Shown here in pieces: positions 15,101-27,100 of a stretch of 64,000 nucleotides of DNA. Made by a program: the position numbers and the translations under genes. Every line of letters begins with the position of its first letter. Positions within the stretch are counted from its first letter, which is position 1. This stretch comes from Veleropilina oligotropha (Eukaryota), in contig JBEUKZ010000031.1 of the NCBI GenBank assembly GCA_048128005.1, forward strand, positions 248,001 to 312,000, given 5' to 3'. The notes under the pieces were generated by a model. The model saw only the letters and a list, made by a program, of their open reading frames with translations, did not search any database and was not told the origin of the DNA.

Positions 15101-18100
15101 GTTCTCGTATCAACCTGGCCCAGCAGCCCGTCTACCATGTGCCACGATGTCCTCTAGCGATCCACTGGCTGTTGGATCGACGCCCGTCTTGCCTGTCGGT
15201 CTCTCTCTGGAGAGCGTCCAGGCGATGATTGCGGCGGAATTCGAGGCCCGCAGTAGGGCTTGGCTTCCGGCTGTTCAGCCGCCCCAGGTCTCTGCTCCTC
15301 TGCTCGTGGCCCAGAGCACGGCTCCTGCCTCGGTGATGGAGGTCGACCCTCGTTCCGACGAGGACGTCTCCTCCGATCGCTCCGATCTTCTTGAATCGGT
15401 CGGTCCCGATGACTGTCGTAGTCAATCAGGCTTGCAGGAGCCGATCTCCGCCACCCGCCGAAGATACGACGCAGTCGCGTCGCTTCGCGGGGTGTTAGAT
15501 CTACCCGACCCGGCCCGGCCGGTAGGTACGGTCAAACACAGGATGGCAGCACACTGTTTTGCTGAGTCTGAGGCTCCCCAGCTTCCTGTACTCCCCCAGT
15601 CTGGCTTGGTGGATCTGGTCCTGGATCAGACCACCCGTGCCATTCAGGGAGGCAAGACAGTGGAGACGTCTTCTCTCACGGAGTTCCCTCGGGGCCTCCG
15701 TAGAGGAAGATACCTCCGGCCCAGTACGCGATCTTTGCCGATCGCCCTTTCTGAGCCGTGCCTGGTGGCTGAGCCAGCACAGATTGACGTAGCGATGCGT
15801 CGTCTGTCCGCCAGCCAAGCTCCCTCGGTAGCGAAGGTACCATGGGCCGCCATGGATGCCTTCGAGAGCTCTGCCCGACGAGCTCTGCGGCTGTCGTCTG
15901 TACAGGACTCGTTCCTGGACGGTGCGATAGCCGTTCTACAGGAGGATGGACCCGGCGCTCGCGAGACCGCCCTGTCTTTCCTCCACGAGGTTGCTGCCGC
16001 CACGGAGAACAACGCGTTGGAGTCCGCGCGTGTCTTAGGCAACGCGCTCCTACTTCGTAGGGACGCCTGCCTCGAGGGCACATCGTTAGACGACGCCACC
16101 CGGCGTTCTCTGCGATGTGTGCCCTTGTCGGCCCCGACTCTCTTCGGAGGCGAGTTCACCGAATTCGTCGACAAGAGAGCCGTCGAGCTGAAAGATCGCG
16201 CGATTGAGCGCGCAGTGTTGACTACCCCTCGGGGTACTCCTCCTGCCGCCTCGGGGCGCGAAACCTTCCAAGCGTGCCAGACCTTCTCGGGGTGGGCCTC
16301 CGGCCCGGAAATCCAGCGAGAAGAAGTGCCCTCCAACAAAATCCCGTCAGAGCGGGAGAGGGAAGCCGTCGCGGCCCTAGGGTTGCCGGCACTCGCGACG
16401 AACACAGCTGCGCGCTTCCGCCGGTGGGAGCGTGCCTGTTAAGCTACAGCCAGACGTGGCTGGAACTGACAGACAGCAGCTGGGTCCACTCGGTCGTGAG
16501 TGCTGGATACAAGTTGGCGTTCAACCGGCATCCAACCCTATCCGTGACACCACCACCAAGACACGCTCGCCTCCTTCACGGAGAGAAGCAAGCGGTCTTA
16601 GACCAGGCAGTGCGGGACTTACTCCTGAAGGGAGCCATCTATCCCGCGCCGCCCAGCACACCAGGTTTTTACAGCCATTTCTTCCTGGTCCCGAAACCCG
16701 ATGGCCGCTGGAGACCGATCCTCGATCTCTCGCACCTCAACCGCTATTTGCGTACCGAGAAGTTCCAGCAAGAAACACTCTCGAAGATACGAGCGGCCAT
16801 CCGTCCGGGTGACTGGGCAGCGTCTATCGACCTGACAGATGCGTACTTACACGTTCCGATGCATGTCTCGGCTCATCAGTACCTCAGGTTTATACACGGG
16901 GAGACGATCTACCAATTCAGGTTCGGTCTATCGTCAGCCCCGTACGTCTTCACGCGGGTAGTACAGGCTCTCGGGGCCTTCCTACACTCGCTAGGGCACA
17001 GAGTACACATGTACCTCGACGACTGGTTGATTCTCGGGGCGTCCCGGGATCAGTGCCTCCAGTCTATGAGCGTTACCCTGTCATCGGCGAAGCGCCTAGG
17101 ATTACAGATCAACAACGAGAAATCCTGCTTCGTGCCCTCGACGACGTTTACGTTTCTCGGGGTCGTCTTCGACACGGTCCGGTACACCGCGAAGCCGACC
17201 GAGAAACGTTTCGTGAACCTACGCGCAGTTATCCAGGACACTAGGTCATCGGGGATAGCCACGGCGCGACAACTGGCCACTGTCCTGGGGCACATCGAGT
17301 CGGTAGCGCCCCTGCTACCGACAGGACGAATGGACAAACGACCGTTACAGCAGGCCTTCAGGGACCGCTGGGTGCAACGGACGGGACAGTGGACGGATCG
17401 TATAGATCTTCGCCATTGGTTCAATCACTCGACAGCAGTGTGGCTGAACCCTGCATTGCCGAGCCAGTCGGTTCCCATTTCCCCGCCAGAGCCGAACGCC
17501 TTCCTATACACGGACGCTTCGAACGAGGGCTGGGGGGGTCACCTCGACAGCTACGAGACATCGGGCCTATGGCCGACGGACCTGCAGGGACGACACATAA
17601 ACTTCCTAGAGTTAGAAGCGGTCTACCTGACAGTACGGTCCCTCTCGTCACATCTCCGCAACAAGCACATACTGCTCGCCACGGACAACACGACTGTCGT
17701 TGCATACGTTCAACACCAGGGCGGCACTCGCTCGCGTCCCCTGTGCGACCGGGCTATCGACCTACACCGCCTAGTGATGTCCCTCAACTCGACGATACGA
17801 GCACGACACATCCCGGGAATATTGAACGTCCGAGCGGACTCGCTCTCTCGGAAATCGCAGATAATACACACAGAGTGGACGCTACACAGCCAGGTAGCTC
17901 GGGAAATTTGTCGCCGGTGGTCACAACCCCAAGTCGATCTGTTTGCAACAGAGTTCAATCACCGACTCCCTCTGTATGTCTCCCCGTACCCGGACCCGGC
18001 CGCCCTAGCGGTCGACACGCTGTCAATGCCATGGGAGAATCTGATCGCGTACGCCTTTCCCCCGTCGTCCATACTACGACTTGTACTACAGAAGGCATCG

Positions 18101-21100
18101 CGAGATCGCTGCGAGATAACGTTAATAGCGCCTCTAAATCGCACGCAGTCTTGGTTTCCGACTCTTCTCGATCTCATCGTCGATCGACCGCTTGCGCTAC
18201 CGCAAAGGCCGGACCTGCTAATGCAACCGCGCTCACGGGTGTTACACCCGTCGTCGAACGAACTTCGTTTACACGCATGGCGGTTATCGAACGATCGCTT
18301 GTTGAGAAAGGATTTTCTCGCGCAACAGCCCTCCGCATTTACCGATCGCGAAGACAATCTACATCTAAAGTCTATGACTACCGATGGTCAAAATATGTGG
18401 ATTGGTGTCACAGGCGGGAAGTCAATATACTCCGTCCCCCTGTGAACAAATTTATCGAGTTCATTACGTCGTTATTCGAAAGAGGACTGTCGGTCTCGGC
18501 CGTCAAAGGTTATCGGGCCTCGATCTCGACTACGCTCAAGCAATGTCGTTCCCGACTTGACTTATCGTCAGACCGTACTATTTCTGATTTAATAAGGTCC
18601 TACGAACTCGAAAGACCGATTTGCATGGCGCGGCCGCCTGCCTGGAATATTATTCTTATCCTTAACGCTCTGCTAGAAAGCCCGTTTGAGCCGTTACGTA
18701 ATGCTTCCATACGTAACCTTACCTACAAAACCGTATTTCTAATTGCGTTTGCGTCGGGCAAAAGGGTTTCTGAGATACACAGCTTCTCCGCAGAGCTCCG
18801 GGATATTAGATTCCAGTCTGACGGATCGGTCATTTTACGTCCTATATTGGGATTTATTGCTAAAAACCAGCGGCCAGGCGATATTGCTCTGGAGGTCGTG
18901 ATACCTACGCTTTCTATTGTCGGTAGAAACGATATCGACCGCCTTAACTGCCCGGTGAGCGCGCTTCGATATTATCTGGACCGTACACGTGATTTTCGAC
19001 GAGGCAAAAAACGCTTGTTTATTTCGTATTTGCCAAATTTCACCCGCGATGTATCGAAGAATACTATCTCGAGATGGATTTGTCGAACGGTTCAACAGAT
19101 ATACTCCAGTTCCAACGAAGCTGACCGCAACCTGATTGCTGTCCGTGCCCATGAAACGAGAGCGATATCGACGAGTCTGGCATTTAGACATTGTCTAAAT
19201 ATCACCTCCCTGCTACAGGCAGGGTATTGGAGAAACCCGAATGTGTTTGTTAAGCATTATTTACGCGATTTCTCGACTGGTGCGGATGGTCTGTCCAGTG
19301 TTCAATGTGTTGCTGCGCAACACTGCATTACCAGGACATCTAGGTCAAATACACAGTGACAGGTATTGTAAATACTTAATTGGTAATTGTACAGTTCACT
19401 CCGCATTATGTGCAACTCTATTGTGAAGCTTTGCTAACAATTAGTGTTGATTTCAGTGTGATGTCTGCAGTTCCAAAAATTCTATTTATGGACTGAGAAT
19501 AAATTGTCAGATCTGAGTTCACATGACACATGCCAACTCACATTGAATTTAAACATTTATAATGCTAAATCTTAAAATGTTTTTTAGATTTTGATATTAT
19601 TGAAGTTCATTTGCTGTTATGAGCTTACGGTGTTGCGACATTGAAAAATTTAATATCATTCAATCTTTAAATTTTCTTTAAGTAACATGGGGACATGTTT
19701 GCATTTCGCTATTTGGTCAAGCGAATTTGTTATTAATATGGAATATAATATGTACGTGTATATATTACTTACATCTATTAATAATTGCATAGCTAGTTAC
19801 ATTCACAACCTTTTCAGGTGCTGTATGTTTGTCGCAAGTTGACTGCATCTTTTGGTTACCGGCCTCGACGCCCAGGGTTTACTAAAAGCTGCTTCGGTCC
19901 ATGACATCTAAGTCCTACAGGATTTATCCTCCGGCCTTGCCTGGGGCTGATTGCACTTTCGCGTCACCTTGTCCGACTAACACTTCTGGCGTTTTTTCCC
20001 AGGTTCATTGGTCAAAATTCAGTCGGAGGTAAGGGTAGAATTGTAATACTCAGTAATTCCATCCTGAGCGGACGCGATTCGGCACTACAAGCTGACTCCA
20101 TGGTGACAAGTAAGTAACTTGTTTGGGTATTAATTTCGTTAGAACTTAGCCCACCGTCCAAAGTTATTCTGGCATTGGTAATGACGTAGAGTATATTGCT
20201 ACTAATAAGAGGTTTTTAAGTAAACCTAGTATTAGTTAGAATATACTTACGTCATTACACGTCTACCCACCCTGCTCATTACATTCTCTTCCAACCCCTC
20301 TTGCTAAGTTCCTCTACGCACTGTAGATTCCTCTGACTTAAAAATGAGATCAGCTCGATCTTGGTCTCTGAGGTCTCGCGAGACTTGGGCAGATCTCGTG
20401 GGAGGAACGCGGAGGGGTGAGCAGGGGAGGTAAGCGTGTAAGATTTAAAAGAAAGTGAAACGCTTTTTCACAGTTTCCGGTTTAGCGATAATATGGCTAT
20501 TATGGCATTGGTAATGACGTAAGTATATTCTAACTAATACTAGGTTTACTTAAAAACCTCTTTTTGGGAACTTAACCTATGACCTGCAGTAGTTGAGGTC
20601 GGGAAATCCCATCTGCTTGTATTATTCCGCGCTTGTAATTTTTGTAGCATTTATCGATGTCAGAGTACAGACAATGCACATGTAAAGGAAAATGCAAAAT
20701 AAATGGAAAGTTGGTCTATTGTTGTCACATTCTGGGTTACATATGACAACTCATTTACAGACCATTCAATGGTGATTTTCGACAAGGAAAACGATTTGAG
20801 ATTATAGACGAACGATTTGTCGTTCCTCTACTTTTCGTGTTTGCATAACCGCCAGAGGAACGAAACGATCGTTCCTCTCAAATTTTAAGGCCTGTATATA
20901 GGGGAGCAAAGACGACTGTTATGTGATACTCATAGGTGTGTTCTCGGTACAAATACTATCCTCTATATCTCGACTGTTATGATGCCGAAGTTCAATTCTC
21001 GTGACTGGAGTGGCTTATCCTAACATTTAAAACTAATAGAAAGCATGGCTTGAAGCCCATTCTTCGATTTATCTTAAGCTGCATTTTCGACTAGCATATG

Positions 21101-24100
21101 GCTGTAGAATTGTTAACCTCCTACTGACTTTCTTGGGAACATTTATATACATGTTAGATGCTAACTATTTACCTGTAAAATGTTGTAGTAAACCCAAATA
21201 AACCATATATATCCTGCAAGTGTATTAGTTGTTCTTCAAAGTGGAACCCAGAAAATATGCAAATTAGGTCACATGACCTCATTATATATTCAAAATGGCA
21301 TCCTAACAGGTTCAGAATTCCACATCTTTTGATTTTGGCAACTGATGTTGTAACTTATGGTGTGATATATCATGAAATTTATCATTTTAACATAAAGATG
21401 GGGATCTCATCTTCAAAATGACATCTCAAATGTTAAAATATTCCAATATTTAGAAATTTGAGGACATTTTTTCGATGTGCAATGGTTTTGGCTAAATTTC
21501 ATGGAGCATATGGTGTGGACATATGCTGATGTTATACAGTCCTCTGTTTCACATTTGACGTAGTATGACACATTCAGACTTGCTTTGGGCTATGCATACT
21601 TAGTTGCACCAGTCAGAGTAATCATACAAATATGTAAATGAGGACATGTGACCTAATTATGGATTCAAAATGGCTGCCGTTTCAACAACATTTGCTGCGA
21701 ATGCCATTTTTGGGGGGGGCTTATTTCAAGAAATAAATATTGACACAATTTCATCCGTTTATGTTTATGTAATTGCCAGTAAAATACAACTTATATACAT
21801 CTATCTCCAGTATTATTCTTTAGAGTGTCACATGACTCCGATATCGGGCACGTCTGCTACGCCTACGACCATGACCATGCCCATCCACACATAAATGTGG
21901 TCGGGCACGGATAGCACCTCGCCCATATCATTATGTTGTGAAGGCCTGCCTCTGTTTACATACACATTCCCTCATCTAGCAACCTCACGATCGTAAGAAT
22001 CACTATCAACAAAATAATATTCATTTTGATCACTCTCTTGATCACTGTCATCGGTTCCTGGGGATGGGCATATCATTAGTGGCAAACCCCCATTAGGACA
22101 ATATCAGAATGTTCCTAAATCATTGTATTCATCTAAATTAAAATTAACATCACTCATCTCATCTAACAATCGTTTCCACATCATGTACAATATATAATCC
22201 TCGAATACGCTGCATATATATCGCCATTTCACGAAAAATAGCCAAGTTTACTTTAATATATGAACAAGCCGGGAATAACTGGCGATCAAATGACCCAGAT
22301 TGGCAGGGATGACCTAAAAGTATCACCATTTATCGGTAGACAGTTTATTTATAGCACATGACTCGCAATTTTAACCAATGAGTGCATAGTATTAAGGGGA
22401 TTCACCAACACATACCCAATGCGCGAAATTTCGCGCTCCCGGAAGAACTATTAAGTGATTCAGTTTCAATTTATGTTTGTGCATGAGAAACATCTAACTA
22501 CTCAGAAACTCATTGTATTAAAAATATAAAATCATTTAAATGTCCAATCACATAGCTGGTATATACAAGGTTAGTTTCCGTTATTTTGTTTATTTAGTAA
22601 CAAATTTTTTTAAATTCTTTGACTGAGAAGCATAATTATGTTAGATTGATTGGCATTGTTCATGTAAGTCGAGAGAAACCAACAACCAAGTTTTGTTGAA
22701 TGAACCAGTTTTACAAGATTTCCTCCAGAAATAAAACAGTGGGGGTTCATAGGTCAACGGTATGGAGCGGGGACCTTAAAGATTGATTTTCCCCACTCTG
22801 AAATGGCCTTTCATCGGTTCTAAGAGGGGTAAAGTATACATTTTATACTTCAATTGCACCAGTTGATGGGGGGGGGGGGATGGCACCCACAGGAATTTTT
22901 CATGGGGGCGTTCAAATCCCCCTCTTGGAGGAAACCCTGAGTTATTATCAGATCGTGGAACTGAACCAACGCTAAGTCAGAGTAGTATTAATGTTACCGT
23001 TGAATGAGTGACCCTGCCAAAAACTAACAATATTGTAAACAGAAAATACTGAGACATTAAACCGGGCGTCCAGACTGCCATGTGACTGATGTTTAAGTGG
23101 CTGTAAATAACAACCAATATATCAATAGAGTCAAAGGATTGGTACAGTTTTCGCATGTTTATATTGCAGATGGAACAATATATCCTCCGTTTGTAAAAGA
23201 AACCAGTATACTAAGCATATTCAATACTGATATTTTTCGGTAAGTATTAGTTTATATAGTTTTGATCTGGTGTGGCTGGTTATAGACAAATTGCAAGTCA
23301 CCATTCTGTTTGTGTCAATGAATAAGCAGCTTTTTCCAAATGATAAAACTATTTTTTTTATATTATCGTTAGTATTACTTGGAATATTGATTCAATTTGT
23401 TTGCCTCGCGACCAGTGGCGTATCCGGGCATAGGCACCAATTGCAAGGCACGTGCCTACACATAATTTTAGGGTAAATTGCTGTATTTATTTTTGTGGTG
23501 AAAATAATGGCAAAAAACATCGCATTTGTACTCTCAGAATGCAGAATAGGTTTGTTTTCACACCGTTAATTTTCAACCATGATGCCTACACATGATTAGA
23601 TGGCTGGTTATGCCCTGGTGACTACTATTCCCTGGGTCGAGTCGAGCGTGACATACTAAGCTTTGAATGTCTGTCCTTCAGACCTTCAATGTCTGTCCTT
23701 CAGACCTTCAATGTCTGTCCTTCAGACCTTCAATGTAACGTAACTCAGCCCTGTGGAAGAAAATATCATAACTAGTGAATCCTCGACCCAGCAAGTCGAG
23801 GGGATGTATCCCCTCCCACGGTAGCAAAAATCAATAGGCACCATGTCCTCATCATACCAAACATGTATACCAAATTTGAATGAAATCTGATTAGTTTTCA
23901 CTGTAGAGACTGCGCACAAGAAATCTCTTCATATAAAATGGCTGCCGCAGCGGCCATCTTGGATCCGAAAACAAACAAATCGTTAGGCGGCGTGTCCTCA
24001 TCATAACTAACGGGCATATCAAATATGAATCAAATCGGATAATAACTTCTCACTGTAGAGCACGCACAAGAAATCTCTTCAAATAAAATGGCTGCCATGG

Positions 24101-27100
24101 CGGCCATCTTGGATATAAAAATGACGAAAATCGTTTCGTGGCATGCTCTCATCATATCTAATGCGCATACCAAATTTGAATCAAATCGGATAATAACTTT
24201 TCACTGTAGAGCGTGCACAAGAAATCTCCAAACAAAATGGCCACCACAGCGTCCATCTTGGATCCGAAAACAAACGGAAACCATTAGGTGGCGTGTCCTC
24301 ATCATAACTGATGTGCATACCAAATTTGAATCAAATACCATGGTAACTTTTCACTGTAGAGCGTGCACAAGAAATGTCTCCAAACAAAATGGCCGCCATG
24401 GTGGCCATCTTGTATCAGAAAACAACGAAAATCGTTAGGTGGCGTGTTCTCATCATATCTGACGTGCATACAAAATTTGAATCCAATTGGATTAGAACTT
24501 TTCACGGTAAAGCGCACATAAAAAATCTCTGCAGTGGATGCGGCTGAACGATGACTAATCCATACTATCCCTGACTACCGATAGTCCGGGGATACAATTA
24601 TCAGGTAATGAAATTCCAAAATTTTCTTATGGGCCCTTGTAAAATTTTAAACTGGCCCTTTTTTTACAGAGCCGTCACAAAATGAACAGGCCCTTAGTCT
24701 AGTATTTTTAGAGAAAATCCTGTATCAATAAAGAATAATTTTAATACATTAAACGTGACGCGTTAACGGCGACACAGATTCCAGATTATCCGAATAGCAC
24801 TGTAAAAAATAAATAAATAATAAATACAATGCATAAAATATAATTAATAATATACAGATATTTACACACAATAAACATTCATGACTGCATATAATGTTGT
24901 TATAACAAATTATCAAATCAGTAAAAAAACGTGGGCAAGAAAAGGCATCGGGTGTTTGTTATAATATAATTATTATCCCCTTTTCCAACTACTATTGTTA
25001 TTGTGCTTTACATTAGTTTATTGCCATATAAAATAGTATGTAATAAATTATACGTCTTACTGTGGTAGAATCATCGTTATATAATCGCAAGTCTGAAGAA
25101 TACATCTCCTTTCGGCCATGGAGCTACGCCCCCTTCTTCATTAGAGTCATATTAGTACTATATTTGACCTTTGTGACCTGTTTCCATGTTTCCATATCGA
25201 AAATAGATAGCCAGGCTATCGATAAAGTCTCTTTGGCGTCAATATATCCCTTTTCACAAAGTATATCGGTCCCCTGAAGCAGACAGTGTCGTCTGTCTAT
25301 AACAGCAATAAAAGTCTATGTCTGATACATTAACATACGATAAAAGTGTCCCAGCGAAATAAGCCGATAATAATGGCCGCCAAAACTATTCAGGAAGTGA
25401 GAACTACGGTCACCTGTTATCGCCATGCTTAATTTTACTTCCTAAAACCATGGGAATGTATTTACATAGGGTATTCACAAGTTGTGGTCACATACGACCG
25501 GCTATGTCACGAAAGAGTTAACAGATACTTATATCTTTAATTAAGTATCAATTTGTATCAGTTTAGTGGAGTTTCCTCAGAAGTTAACTTCTGATCATCT
25601 TTCGCTGAAACTCCTTATTAATATATAATAATATTGTATACCATTGTGTACTTACTGTTTGTCATCAGATCTTTTTATTGTTTCTAACTAAAATCTGCCA
25701 TACTATTTAATGGTAGTTAAATAATACAAATTAACGGACTACCAATAGACAAGCTATTGGTTCCACACCTGCCACCTCCAGGACTCATCATCAGGTTGGT
25801 CATTTATTCTTACAAGACAGCATGATTAGACATGCAATTATCTAAATCTTGTGTTACTGGCACTAAGAGCCGACTGCATTGGAAATGTTATCGCCGGAAC
25901 AATCTGAATCGGCTTCCGCCGACTCATAAGAGGCAATTTCGTGCCGTTGATTTATTTTTCGAGGTCACGTCGATCCGATTGTATACCATAAGCTGGGCAT
26001 TCTTGACGACTGTCTCTAATTTACATATTTAATTTTACACGTTTGTGGCAAGTTTAGGTTTTCCTTTGGACCATATAATAATATAAGATAGTCACCTATT
26101 TTTAGCGGAGCTTTACTGATACCGCTTTGTCCGGCGTACGTCCGTCGGGCATCAACTTTTGACTTGAAATGTGAATATCTTGAAAACTGTCATAACTTTT
26201 TTTTACTTTCGAGCCTTCCTTATGTTGTCCTGAACATTTCTTGAAAATATTAGGAAATTCTAATGCATGTATTAGGAAATTTACCTTTTTGGACTTAGAA
26301 AATTCACTTCTGTGACAAATTTTGAATTCAAATGTGAATAACTGCAAAACTGTCTGATAACTTTTTTTCTAATTTGGCATGAGCCTTCCTTATGATGTTC
26401 TGAACGTATCCTGAAGTTATTGGAAAATTCTTCGTCTCGGTTTTTCCGAATTTTACCTTTTGGGACTTGGAAAATAAACTTCTGCAACAAGTTTTGCCTT
26501 CAAATGTGAATATCTCTGAAACTGTCTAATAACTTTTTTTCTTAATTGGCATGAGCCTTCCTTATGATGTGTTTAACCTATCCTGTAAATATTAGAAAAC
26601 GTACGTCCCAGTTTCGCTGACATTCGGAATTTGGACTTATTCAATGTTATTACTTTGGTATGTTATTACTTGGGGAAGTGCTGCCGAAATTTCTAAAGTT
26701 GTTTGCCTATGTTGACCAACCCTTTCCAGCGGAGAGAGAGAGAGAGAGAGAGGCCTCTTGTTATGATGTCTAATAAGAAATATGAGATGTATGGATAAAA
26801 TGTAATGAGTGCGATTATAGGATCATCAGCGATGAAATATTTTTGGCAAGCTGTTTGGTCTCTTGGAACTGCCTGGAAGTGCAGCTGATAAGAGTGTGGA
26901 GCCCAATTTACACGTTTCCGTGCTCTGATATAAACAAGAGTAGGTTTGTAAATTGTATTATCACCGGGGCACTTTAATTTGTTCAATTAACAGTCACAGT
27001 AAGTCTTGTACCAGGCGATCATGCTAGCCTTCTGCGATGATATGGACATCATGTCCTGATGCGACCCTGAAAGGTGTTAAAATGTGGCATTAAGTATTTG

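Larger units (their letters stand above)
13084..20561 (+). mobile_element. DIRS1-type tyrosine-recombinase retrotransposon, full length (about 7.5 kb)
   Basis: Inverted terminal repeats, an internal complementary region matching both ends, gag-pol(RT/RH/MT)-YR gene order, no TSD. Confidence 0.95.
12137..20894. mobile_element. Non-autonomous DNA transposon (about 1.3 kb net) hosting the DIRS insertion
   Basis: 15-bp perfect TIR CAGGCCTTAAAATTT at both ends, flanked by TATATA on both sides. Confidence 0.7.

Noticed and set aside
15501..19191. Many antisense and alternate-frame ORFs within the DIRS element
   Set aside because: Expected shadow ORFs of GC-rich overlapping coding sequence.
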